NCBI RefSeq assembly: GCF_044704955.1
Contig: NC_091985.1
Location: 106,640,001-106,704,000 of the forward strand
DNA: 64,000 nucleotides
Direction of reading: 5' to 3'
From: Pristiophorus japonicus
Lineage: Eukaryota
The translations under genes and the position numbers were made by a program. The notes below the pieces were generated by a model. The model ran no database searches and was not told where the DNA came from. It was given only the letters and a program-made list of their open reading frames with translations. Shown here one piece after another: positions 12,011-24,029 of the stretch (position 1 is its first letter; the number at the start of each line of letters is the position of its first letter).

Positions 12011-12689
12011 GATATATACATACAAGGAAATAATTTGCAGTGTCACAGGGAAAGAGTAGAGGAGTGGGACTAATTGGATATCTCTTTCAAAGAGCTCAAT
12101 GGCCTCTTTCTGTGCTGTATTATTCAATGATTCTACGATGTCAATAAGGGAAACGTGCCAGGAGCAGCCATACCAATTGGTAAGAGCAACATAGGTGGTG
12201 ATTTTCTGCGGTCGTTCTTTCGATTGTCCACCATAATTTTAGCAGAAGATCCATGGGAACGCCATAAAAATGGAAGTGTATTTCCATGGTTTTTCCCATT
12301 CATTCACGGTACCCTAGGTGGAAGAGCTGTGCAGACACTGTTTTTCTGGGTGTTCCGCAACTCTTCTGCTGAAGTTGTGGTAGAAAAGCAAGAGAATCGC
12401 AATGGAAATTCACACTTTGATATCCATGGATTTTCTACCGAAGTTATGGTAACGGTATTAAACCAAAGACGTGAGTGCCACTCCAATGATAGTTGCAGAT
12501 CAGCACTATGTATTTTTAGTCGATCCAACCACCCTGACGCTAGCAAATTACAGACCTGAACAAACTTATTTTTGGGGGGTTTCTTTTGATGTATCTCATG
12601 GGTTGGGCGGGGGGGGAAGCTGTGCTTTAAATGGAGTTATGATGTATCTCACTCCTTTATTTCATCTAAATCTTGACCCCTAGTGGCGG

Positions 12690-15600
12690 GAAGGGTTCAG
12701 GTGAGGGGAAATGTAAAAAGTCAAAGAGAAAGGAAAAGGCAATAGTGCAGGGTAGCAATAGGGGTAATGATAACCAGAGTGTGACAGGAATGGACAGAGC
12801 GTACAAACAAAAGAGTGCACAAGAAAATAGAGTCAGAATAGGGAAAAATGGTAAAAAGGCAAAATTAAAAGCGCTTTATCTGAATGCATGCAGCATTCAC
12901 AACAAGTTAGGTGAGTTGACGGCACAAATAGAAATAAATGGGTATGATCTGGTAGCCATTGCAGAGACGTGGTTGCAAGGTGACCAAGACTGGGAACAGA
13001 ATATTCAGGGATAGTTGGCATTTTGGAAAGATAGGCAGAAAGGAAAAGGAGGTGGGTAGCTCTGTTAATAAAGAATGAGATCAATGCAATTGTGAGAAAT
13101 TAAATTGGCTCAGAAGATCAAGATGTAGAATCAGTTTGGGTGGAGATAAGAAATAATAAGGGAAAGAAGTCACTGGTGGGAATAGTCTTTCGGCCCCTTA
13201 ATGGTAGCTACATTGTAGGACAGAGTTTAAATCAAGAAATAATGGAGGCTTGTAAGAAAGGTATGGCAATAATCATGGGCGATTTTAATCTTCATATAGA
13301 TTGGACAAATCAACTTGGCAAAGATAGCCTTGAGGATAAGTTCATAGAGTGTATTCGGGATGGTTTCTTAGAACAATATGTTGTGGAACCAACCAGGGAG
13401 CAGACTATTTTAGATCTGGTAATGTGTAATGAGATAGGATTAATTAATGAACTCATAGTAAAGGATCCTCGAGGGAAGAGTGATCATAGCATGTTAGAAT
13501 TTCAAATTCAGTTTGAGGGTGAGAAACTTGGGTCTCAAACTAGTGTCCTGAACTTAAAAGAATGAAAGGGGATCTCATAGAAACATATAAAATTCTGATG
13601 GGACTGGACAGGTTAGATGCAGGAAGAATGTTGCCGATGTTGGGGAAGTCCAGAAGCAGGGGTCACAATCTAAGGATAAGGGGTAAGCCATTTAGGACTG
13701 AGATGAGGAGAAACGTCTTCACTCAGAGAGTTGTTAACCTGTGGAATTCTCTACTGCAGAGAGTTGTTGAAGCCAGTTCATTAGATATATTCAAGAGGGA
13801 GTTAGATATGGCCCTGATGGCTAAAGGGATTAAGGAGTATGGAGAGAAAGCAGGAAAGGGGTACTGATGTGAATGATCAGCCATGATCTTATTGAATGGT
13901 GGTGCAGGCTCGTCGAAGGGCCGAATGGCCTACTCCTGCACCTAGTTTCTATGTTTCTATATTTCTAAATAAAGTCAATTACAAAGGTATAAAGACGGAA
14001 TTGGCTAAAGTGGACAGGGAAAGTAGATTAAAGGGTAAGACGGTAGAAAAGCAGCGGCAGACATTTAAGGAGCTATTTCATAATGCTCAGCAAATATATA
14101 TTCCAGTGAGAAAGAAAGACTCTAAGAGAAGGATGAACCACCCGTGGTTAATTAAGGAAGTTAAGGATGGTATCAAATTGAAAATAAAAGCATACAATGT
14201 TGTGAAGATTAGTGGTCGGCCAGAGGATTGGGAAATTTTTAGAAAGCAGCAAAGGATAACTAAAAAAATAATATAAATAAAGATATGCTGGATTATGAAA
14301 GAAAACTAGCAAGAAATATAAAAACAGACAGTAAGAGCTTCTACAGGTATATAAGAAGGAAGAAAGTAGCTAAAGTAAATGTTGGTCCCTTAGAGGATGA
14401 GACTGGGGAATTAAAAATGGGAAATAGGGAAATGGCAGAGATTTTGAACAAATATTTTATATTGGTCTTCATGATAGAAGAAACTAAAAGCATCTCAATA
14501 ATAAAAGATAATCAAGGGGCTATAGGGAGGGGGTAATATAAAACAATCACTATCACTAGAGAAAAAGTACTAGGCAAACTAATGGGACTAAAAATGGACA
14601 AGTCCCCGAGACCTGATGGCTTACATCATAGGGTCTTACAAGAAGTTGCTGCAGGGATAGTGGTTGCATTGGTTGTAATCTACCAAAATTCCCTGGATTC
14701 CAGAAAGATCCCAGAAGATTTGAAAACTGTAAATGCCACGCCCCTTTTTAAGAAAGGATGGAGACAGAAAGCAGGAAACTATAGATCAGTTGGCCTAACA
14801 TCTGTCATTGGGAAAATGCTGGAGTCCATTATTGAGGAAGTAGTAGCAGGACATTTAGAAAATCATGATACAATCAAGCAGAATCAGCATGATATAATGA
14901 AAGGGAAATCATGTTTGACAAATTTGCTAGCGTTCTTTGAGGATGTAACGAGCAGGGTGGTTAAAGGGGAACCAGTAGATGCAGTGTATTTGGATTTCCA
15001 GAAGACATTCGATAAGGTGCCACATGAAAGGTTACTGCACAAGTTAGGAGCTCATGGGCTTCGGGGTAATATATTAGCATGGATAGAGGATTAGCTAAGT
15101 AACAGAAAACAAAGCATCGGGATCAATGGGTCATTTTCAGGTTGGCAAACTGGAACTAGCGGGATGCCACAGGGATCAGTGCTGGGGCCTCAACTATTTA
15201 CAATCTGTATTAATGACTTGGATGAAGGGACTGAGTGTAATAGAAACATAGAAAATAGGTGCAGGAGTAGGCCATTCAAATGTAGGCAAATTTGCTGATG
15301 ATATAAAGATAGGTGGGAAAGCAAGTTGTGAGGAGGATGCAAATAATCTGCAAAGGGATATAGATAGGCTAAATGAGTGGGCAAATATTTGGCAGATGGA
15401 GTATAATGTGGGAAAATGTGAGGTTATCCACTTTGGTGGGACGAATAAAAAAGCCAGTTATTATTTAAATGGAGTCAGACTACAACATGTTGTAGTACAG
15501 AGGAATCTGGAGGCCCTTGTGCATGAAACACAAAAAGTTAGCATGCAGGTACAGCAAGTAATTAGGAAGGCAAATGTAATGTTGTCCTTTATTGCAAAGG

Positions 15601-16200
15601 GGATGGAGTATAAAAGGAGGAACGTTTTGCTACAACTGTTCAGGGTGTTGGTGAGACCACACCTAGAGTACTGCATGCAGTTTTGGTCTCCATATTTAAG
15701 GAGGGAAATACTTGCAATGGAAGCAGTTCAGATAAGGTTCATGAGGTTGATTCCTGAGATGAAGGTGTTGTCTTATGAAGAAAGGTTGAGCAGGTTGGGT
15801 CTATACTCATTGGAGTTTAGAATAATGAGCGGTGATCTTATTGAAACTTATTAGATTCTGAGAGGCCTCGACAGGGTAGATGCAGAGAGGATGTTTCCCA
15901 TCATGGGGGAATCTAGAACTAGGGAATATACTTCAGAATGAGGGGTCGCTCATTTAAAACAGAGATGAGGAGGAATTTGTTCTCTGGGGTTGTGAATCTT
16001 TGGAATTCTCTACCCCAGAGAGCTGTGGAGGCTGAGTCACTGAATATATTTAAGGTAGAGATAGACAGATTTTTGAATGCCAAAAGTTATGGCAAGCAGA
16101 GGGAAAGTGGAGTTGAGGTTAAAACCATGACCTTATTGAATGGTGGAACAAGCTCAAGGGGCCAAATGGCCTACTACTGCTCCTATTTCTTATGTTCTTT
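12690..16200 (+). mobile_element. CR1 LINE, nearly whole ORF2 plus 3' UTR, degraded
   Basis: LYLNACSI, DLVAIAETW, GDFN, SDH, GNYRSVGLTSV, YLDFQKTFDKVP, VRPHLEYC and a 3' tail; multiple stops. Confidence 0.92.
13559..13965 (+). mobile_element. Younger CR1 3' fragment nested in the 12690-16200 CR1
   Basis: Interrupts the host at CTTAAA|TAAATAAAG (TAAA-like duplication). Carries GDLIETYKIL...GEKAGKGY and a TTCTATGTTTCT tail. Confidence 0.85.
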
Positions 16201-16249
16201 TATTCTAACATTTCCCCATTGTTGATACAAAAGTGGATAGATGCTGTGC

Positions 16250-16490
16250 TTCGTCTTTTACATGAGATGTTAAACTGAGGCCCCCTCTGACCTCTCAGGT
16301 GGATGTTAAAGATCCTATTGCACTATTTCAAAGAAGAGCAGGGGAGTTTTCCCAGTGTCCTGGTCAATATTTGTCCCTCAATCAAAATCACTTAAAAAAA
16401 CAGCTTATCTGGTCATTATCAAGTACTTTGTTGGCTGTAAAGCGCTTTGGGATGTCCGGTGGTTCTGAAAGGAGAGTCTTTCCTTTTTTT
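16250..16490 (+). mobile_element. SINE fragment (same family as 42215-42651)
   Basis: Shares AGAAGAGCAGGGGAG...TCCCTCAATC...CTGTAAAGCGCTTTG...TCCGGTGG blocks with the other copies. Confidence 0.7.
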
Positions 16491-16569
16491 TCTTTTTGCT
16501 GGCTCCTTCCAGATGTGTTGCTGTGCATTATTTTGCTGTCAATTGCAGCCACTGACTTTGTCTTTTACA

Positions 16570-17240
16570 TAAGAATGTACAGATCCCTCTATATCACAGC
16601 ATTTTGTAATGTCTCCCCATTTAAATAATAATTTTCTTTAGTATTTTTCCTAACAAAAGTGGATAACCTCACATTTACCTACATTATACTCCATCTGCCA
16701 AATTTTTGCCCACTCACTTTATATCCTTTTGCAGATTCTTTGCGTCCTCACAACTTGCTTTCGCAGCTATCTTTGTAGCAGCAAACCTGGCTACATTACA
16801 CTTGGTCCCTTCATCCAAGTCTGCTCCACGGTTGGTTTCTGTCTTCACTGATCTCTGCGGCACCCCACTAATTACAGTTTGCCAACCTGAAAATGACCCA
16901 TTTATCCCAACTCTCTGTTTTCTGTTAGTTAGCCAATCCTCTGTCCATGTGAATATATTACCCCGAACCCCGTGAGCTCTTGATTTGTGCAGTAACCTTT
17001 TATGTGGCACCTTATCAAATGCCTTCTGGAAATCCAAATACACCACATTAACTGGTTCCCCCTTATCCACCCTGCTCCTTACATCCTCAAAGAACTCCAG
17101 CAAATTTCTCAAACACGATTTCCCTTTCATAAAACCCTGCTGACTCTACTTGACTTTATTATGATTTTCTCAACTTCCTGCAACTACTTCCTTAATAATA
17201 GACTGCAGCATTTTCCCAATGACAGATGTTAGGCTAACTG
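16570..17240 (-). mobile_element. CR1 RT fragment
   Basis: MKGKSCLRNLLEFFE, YLDFQKAFDKVPH and KQRVGING on minus. Confidence 0.88.
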
Positions 17241-17319
17241 TATCTTTTTTGTGGAATAAAATGTGTGGGAGGTTGATGTTTTGTTTTGAGTAGATTTATA
17301 GATTTATGATTTGATGAGC

Positions 17320-18450
17320 CGGTACTGTAGTGTGCTGAGCTAGCCCATTGTAGGCGGGTCGGTAGGCGCTGCGCTGCTGTTGCGCGCTTTGGGCGGTAGG
17401 TGTCTCTGGCTGTGTGTGAGCTCGGTGCCTCCCTGTCTCTGCAGAGACGGTGCGATTGTCCGCTCCAGTCCCCGCCGCCATATTGGCTGCATCCTGCACC
17501 GCGGTAACATGCGAGTGAAGCGCGGCCACTGCCGCCGCGCCTGACTCAGTGCCGAGCCCCGGCTCCACCGACTCGACTCCAGCCTGCGGCGACGGCCGTC
17601 CTTCCTCCTCCCTCCCTACCTCCCGCCCCCGCCATCATCATCCTCGACATCTGAAAGAAGCGAGCGAAAGCGCCGAGCCATGGAGGCCGTCAAAGCCTTC
17701 AATAACGAGGTCGGTATGAGCCGCAGCTGTTTGCGAAGGGGGAGGGCTGATCGGCCGGCCGCGCAGGCGGTTGGCGGGGCAGAGTAACGGGCGGGGGGAG
17801 AGCGGGGCCTCTCGAACAACAGCAGCAGTAGGCCTCTCGAGCGTGTCACTGCACCAAACCATAACCAGGGCAACCAGGCCCGCAAACCGCGGCCTCGCGT
17901 CAGGGTGGGAGAGTGCGGCCGCCGCGTCCATCCTCAGCAACCGCCCCCAGGGGGAGTCAGTCCGTGTTGACGGGGAGAATCCGGGCCTCTTTCTCTCTCT
18001 CTTTCCCCCCCCCGGGTAACGGAAACCCCGGCAACCAGCGGTCGGGCCTGGGGCCTGGAACAGCAATAGCCGATCGCGGGGGGAGGGCGAGGGTTGTTCA
18101 GTGTGATCCAGGCCCGGGCTGGGCTGTAAGTGACCTCTCCAGCAACAGGGGATGGCGCCGCTTTCACAGGGCCTGGGCTGCGCATTTATGTTGAATGCGG
18201 CCCCGCTCTCGGTTTCCGCGCTCGCCCGCCCGCGGGGAATGGAGTTGGCCCGGAGATTGCATTTCCTGCGCTCCTCACTTGAAGCCACACTGTTGTAAGA
18301 TCCACGCCACTGCTGCAGTGAGCCATGAGTTTTTCACTTGCCTTTAGAGCGCGCCCTTGTTTCTTTTCCATTTTTATTCACTAACTTGAGGCGCTGCTTT
18401 ACCAGAAAAAACCCAAATCAACGTTTTGTTCGGGGGCGAGAATGGGTTAT
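17320..18450 (+). promoter_or_regulatory. CpG-island promoter and 5' end of SCAF8
   Basis: Repeat-free GC/CpG-rich tract around the start codon. YY1-type CCGCCATATT at 17475-17484 and AP-1-type TGACTCA at 17542-17548. Confidence 0.8.
17680..17709 (+). CDS. SCAF8: SCAF8 (SR-related CTD-associated factor 8), coding part of exon 1
   Basis: Strong Kozak GCCATGG; encodes MEAVKAFNNE followed by donor GTCGGT at 17710. From memory this matches the SCAF8 CID N-terminus (MEAVKTFNSE, 30-nt first coding exon) better than SCAF4 (MDAVNAFNQE). Lies in the CpG island. Confidence 0.85.
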
Positions 18451-19549
18451 GACATTCTTATCACCAAAGTTGGCTCTTGATGAGTTTCTGACTAAATTAG
18501 TAAATAAAATTAATGGATCTCGTAAGTTTTCTCAGTTCAGTGTAAGTAGAACTTTGCGTTAAAGGGATGATGCTGCAGTGATGATGCACTATATTAATTG
18601 CCAAAGTACCAGCAAAATTAAACTTAGAAGTTTGCGATAAAATTTAGAAGTATGAGATATCCTGAAGATAAAATAACTAATAGTACTATGTTGAGGATAA
18701 TTCAAAAGTTCATCTTAAAAGGAAATCTAATCTTATCAGACTTTTTCCCTCCTAAATCAAGGAAGTTGCTTATTTTTACACGAGCCTTGTCAATTGTGAT
18801 CAACAGGGTTCCTCAATTAAGTCCATGCTTGCCCATGTGGGCATCCTTGTGCTCTGGAAGGACACTGAGTTGGTTTCTGACCCAACAGACCATAGCAGGC
18901 ACACATCGGTATGGAGTATGCTGCATAAATAGACAATCTTAATGAACCAGTTTGATGGGAAGAAGTGAATTCTGCACTGCTAACTAGCTAATGGTGGGGC
19001 AGCAGGCATGAACGGTATTCAGCGATTCCTAAAAGGTGCTCGCCTGTAATGATCTTGGTGATTTGTGGCAGGAACGGTTAACTTGCCTTGGAGCTGCTGT
19101 TCTGAGGATGATGAGTAGGGTTCTACTTGATTCTATTTGCATACCCTCACTTGTGGTTTCTAGCCACAGAAAGGGGGATTTTAGTGAGCACAATAAAGAA
19201 ATCTCATTGTCAGTGGCTCTTAAGCTGGTCCTTTGGCTTGCTGCAGCACACTTTGGTGGCTTGCAGAATAATCAGAAATGAACAAGCTCGATTATGCCTT
19301 CCTGAGCAATGTGTAGGAATTGTGGCATTATTTATGATTGCAGATTATCTCGTAAGGCTTTAAAGTACCTACTTGCATTGCTTTTTTTGTAAGGCGTTGG
19401 ACCTAGTGTCTAATGTTATCCTCACGGAAGCTATTGGAGAGTACATGGCCAAGTTTTGGATTTTATCTGTGACGTGCAGTCCAGCTCCCTAGATTTTTGT
19501 ACGGATGGATAAAAGACCTGATGGCATCATTTAATCTATCACTCTCAAA

Positions 19550-21100
19550 CCAGACACAAGGCAATAGCGTTCACTTTTGCTCATCCTGTATCTTCATCAA
19601 TTAAGGATCAAGTGGCATCGTAATGGATTGACTTGGTTGGGTGGAACTTTCCGAGGACCCGCATGTAGAAGATGGCATTGGAACATTATGGGTGATAGTT
19701 GTCTGTGATTTTGTGTCCATTAACATTAATGGGCAGAAAATTGTGAGCAGTGGACCCATGATTGTATAAGTATGAGACCTCGCCAAGTGGCATGGGGTCT
19801 TGGAATATTCCCCCAGAGTGACTGCACAGAGATTTCTGAAAGTATTGCAGAACGTTTTGTCGATACTACATTGCTGGCAGACATGGGGGTCCATTGCATC
19901 TACGCACTATCTTGAGCAATGGGCTATCTAGTGGGATAGGGTGGGGGTTGTCTCTTTTTTGTGGTATTTTCTGCACATTGTAGGAGGGAATGCATTGATT
20001 AGTAGATATGGAGCGCATCTCCTTCAATTATTGATGCATTTTGGTACTGGGGCCCCGGTGGATGCCAATTTCAGCTTGTACAGAGTTCTTTGGAACAGCA
20101 CTGAGAAGGGGTGAAGGGCATTTTTGCTTTTCTTATCTTTCCTGCATCCTGGCAAGGTCACAATGTAGGTTTAGCTTATGCATGTATGAGGTCGTCCTCC
20201 GTGATTCAGAAGTCCTAGGAGAAACCTGTGGGTGTGTCTTAGAGCCCCTTACATGGTGGTCTGCTTTAAGCAGGTGCCAATGTGTAAGTTTGGTACATGG
20301 TACTGGACCTAATGTCTGGAATGTCAAAGTGGCTGACACCGCACAAGCTGAAGGCTTGTATAACTGATGAGGAAACGCTGAAACTTGGAACGACAGCTGC
20401 TGGATTGCATTGCCTGGAGGCCAGGTATGAGGACATGGGTTGATGAATCTAGAGCTCAATGTCTGACATGATTGGCTTACAGAGTAACAAGCAGCTCCTG
20501 TTGAAGCTGTGCACTTCCAATGAATGGAACTTTCTTGTTTCATAGGGTATCTGGTGTTCCCATGTTGTGACCAGGCAAATAGTAGTAATGCATTTAAATG
20601 TTTCATAGTTATCTGTGCTGCTAAAAATGCCATTCTTGAACTCCTGCTATTTGCTACCCACCTGATGAAATACGCACTTGCTATTTGTCTGTTGGAAAAC
20701 TAATAGCGATCCTCCTCGGAGGTAAGGTATCTCTAAAAAGATACATCGAGCAAAGGAACCTCTGGCAGACTTGGTAATCCAATACCTGAACCAGGCAGAT
20801 CTTCCAAACTGGAGGACACTGTTGATGGTTGACTTCGGGTCAGCCTGGTTCAGTAATGAAATCTGGAAAGGTACACCCTGCACTGGCGGCAGTGATTCTT
20901 CCCACTTCGCTCCACTGGGGGAAGTATCTTTGCATACATAGGGGTCCCGAAGCCTTTGTTTTGCCAACCTGCCTAAGCCTTCTGGGTTTTGTTGAATGGT
21001 ATCTGTCCTTCTGGGGAGAGGGTATCTCCTCTATTGGACAAACAAATTCTACACATGTGGCTTTCTCTGCAGTTTGGTTTGTTGATTTAAGCACAGTATT
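19550..21100 (-). mobile_element. Very old Gypsy-like LTR retrotransposon pol remnant
   Basis: Collinear degenerate minus-strand motifs: RYFPQWSE (RT end), YLPGHNMGTPDTL (RNase H end), QLQQELLVTL*ANH (integrase Zn region), GPVPCTKL, LMDTKSQTTI (integrase core end). Weak, by eye only. Confidence 0.35.
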
Positions 21101-22024
21101 GGGCTGACTTTAAAAAAATCCATTGCAGACAGCTAGTGTTGGGCTTTGTGTGCTGAAGGAAGCACTTTGTATATGTGCACATTTACACGTGTTTACAGAT
21201 AACTATGAAACATTTAAATGCATCACTACCAGTTATATAATGTGGAAATTTGTTTTGCTGCTACAAATTTTGGAGCAACACACCATATCTGCCCCATTGA
21301 CATTGTAGCTGGCCTAATCTGAAGCAGGAGCTTGATAAGTGGTACAGAAGGTTGATATGAATCCTGAGTTAATTTCTGCAGGAAAGGAAATTTCAGTGCT
21401 TAATGCTAATGTTGGTCTGACAATTTAATTTCACTTACCACGTGAACTGAAATTGGATGGCATTTCATATAAACTGATATTCTGTACAGATCATCCTCTT
21501 GGGTACTAAATGAGATCTGTCCAGGTGCTGTGGTATAAACAGGGTAAGAGTCATTGCAAATTGTTTATTTTTGTAAGAGTTGCAAAAGGAGATTATAATT
21601 GGCACAGTAATGTGTAGAGGCAGCCAAAAAGATTCACCAGAAGCACAACAGTGAAGATGTTCTTTAAATACTCAGTAGGAATGTCCACCCTGTGACTTCC
21701 AATTCTAACTTTCACACTGGGAATATTGAATCATAGAATGTTACAACATTTAAACAGGTCATTCGGACAGTAGAGTGCGCCTTGGTGTTTTTCTCCACAT
21801 ATATATATCCAGCTTGGATAATTATTTGGGCTCATAAACATCCACAGATATCCAAACTAGGGAATTGAAGGTGTGTGTCTTGCCTTGGTCAAGGCAGGTA
21901 GCTTGCTCCTGTACTACTACAAACTGACCATTGGGAGCTGCATGAAATTGGTTTTGGTGAGCTCTGACTTTCAATTTTTTTCCCTTCTCCCAGGTAGCGA
22001 CTTCCACGTGTTGTCAGTCTTGAG

Positions 22025-24000
22025 ACTGGGAACAGGGGCAGGCCATTCAGCCCCTCAAGCCTCTTCTGCCATTCAATTAGATCGTAGCTGATCTGTATCT
22101 TGACTCCATCTATCTGTCGTGGTATCCTTGCATAACAAGAATCTATCAATCTCAGCTTTGAAAATTTCATTTGACCTCGCCTCGACACTGTTTTGGGGAG
22201 AGATTTCTAGATTTCCACTACCTGTACTTTGTCTGAAGGAGTGCTTTCTGACTCATCCCTGATTGGTCTAGCTCTAATTTTAAGGTTAAACCCCACTGTT
22301 CTGGACCTCCCCAACCAAAGGAAATAGTTTGTTGTTCTCTATTTTATCTTCTATATTCGAGGGTATATGGATCCAAACAAGCTACCCTCATAATTTAAGC
22401 TTTTTAACCCCGATATCGTTTTGGTGAACCTGCGCTGCACCCGCTCCAAGGCCAAATATATCCTTCCTGAGGTGTGCTGCCCAGAACTGAATGCAGTACT
22501 CCAGATGCCATGTAATTAGAGCTCTGTAACAAAACTTCTACTTTGTATTCAAGCTCTCTTTATGATAAAGGCCAACATTCCATTAGCCTTTTAAATTATT
22601 TTTTTGTACCTGTCCACTAGCTTTTATTGATTTCTCTTCTTGAACCCCTAAATCTGTCTGCTCATCCAAAGATCTTAGTTTTTTGCCATTTAGAAAATAC
22701 TCTAGTCTATCTTTCTTGGGTTCATAGTGGATGACTTCACACTTTCATCTGTCAAAATGTTGCCCACTCACTTAATCTATCAACGTTCTTTTGCAACGTT
22801 CTTCTCCCACATACCCTATTTACAGTGCCACCTAACTTAGTGCCATCAGCAAATTTATATTCCTTCATTCAAGTCATTTCTAAATACAGTGAAAAGCTGA
22901 GGCCCCAGGATGCCATTAGTCACATTGTGCCAATTTGAGTACATACCCATTATCCCTACTCTCTGTCTTGTATCTCTTAACCAATTCCCTATCCAGATCA
23001 ATAGGTTGCCTTCTATTCCATATGTTCTCATTTTTATTAAGTCTCTTATGTGGAACCTTGTCGAATGCCAAGACACTCCCCATCTATCACGTTTGTGAAC
23101 TCAAAAAATTCTGCTAGGTTTGTTAGACATGACAACCATGACAACATTACAAATCTATGCTGGATCTCTTCGTCAGCTCATATTTGTCCAATGCTCAATC
23201 AATCTGCCCCTAATAACAGGTTCTAGTAACTTCCCCATAACTGACATTAAACTAATAGGCCTATAGTTTCCGAGTTTATCTCCTCTACCCTTGTTTAAAT
23301 AATGGATTGAATTTGGAAATTTTCCAATCCAAGGGGACAGTTCCTGAATTGGAAGCCAATTTCCTCACCTACTTTTAATACCATGGGGTGGAAGCCAATG
23401 TTCCCTCTAATTTTTATTTTTGGTGCGCAATTCCTTTAAATTTTCACGGCGGCTGCACATGCGTGGTACCTGTATCTTTTCCAGTTGGTCAGCTGATGCG
23501 TGGCCATGCGCCCACGCACCTTACCAGGGTCCTGGAGATTTGTCTATCTTTAATCTCATTAGTTTCTCATTTTTTTAACCTCTTTAATCTACTACGCCCC
23601 TTGATTTATTTTTAGTTCTCCTTGTATCTCTGCTACTTTATCCTCATCTACATTGTGAAGATTGATATAAAGTAATTACTTAGTAAGTTAGCCATTTCCT
23701 GATTTCCAGTTACAGTATCACCTACGCCGGTCATTAAGAGGCCCACATTACCGTTAGGCAGCCCTGCTCTCAATATATTTGTAAAAACCTTTAGTGTTGT
23801 CCTTGATGTACATTACAAGCCATTTCTCAATTTGTTTTACAACTCTTGCCGCTTTTTTGATATCTTTTTGTTGTCTTTATCTCTCCAGTCTGCGGGATCT
23901 GTACTGTTCTTCGCTTTCGTTTAAGCTCTTTTAGTTTTATACTATCTCTCTCCTTGTTGACCAGGATTGTTTAATTACACATGTAGAGCTCTTTCCCTTT
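22025..24000 (-). mobile_element. Old CR1 LINE fragment
   Basis: 3' UTR motif GGCCATTCAGCCCCTC at ~22041; GIEGNLLIWIGNWLRDTRQRVGI and LGPQLFT on minus. Confidence 0.8.
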
Positions 24001-24029
24001 ACGGGTAAGGCACATTGACTTATATTGAG

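Noticed and set aside
17296-18371. Overlapping ORFs in the CpG island as a divergent gene
   Set aside because: GC-rich and stop-poor sequence with no recognisable protein; the SCAF8 exon explains the island.
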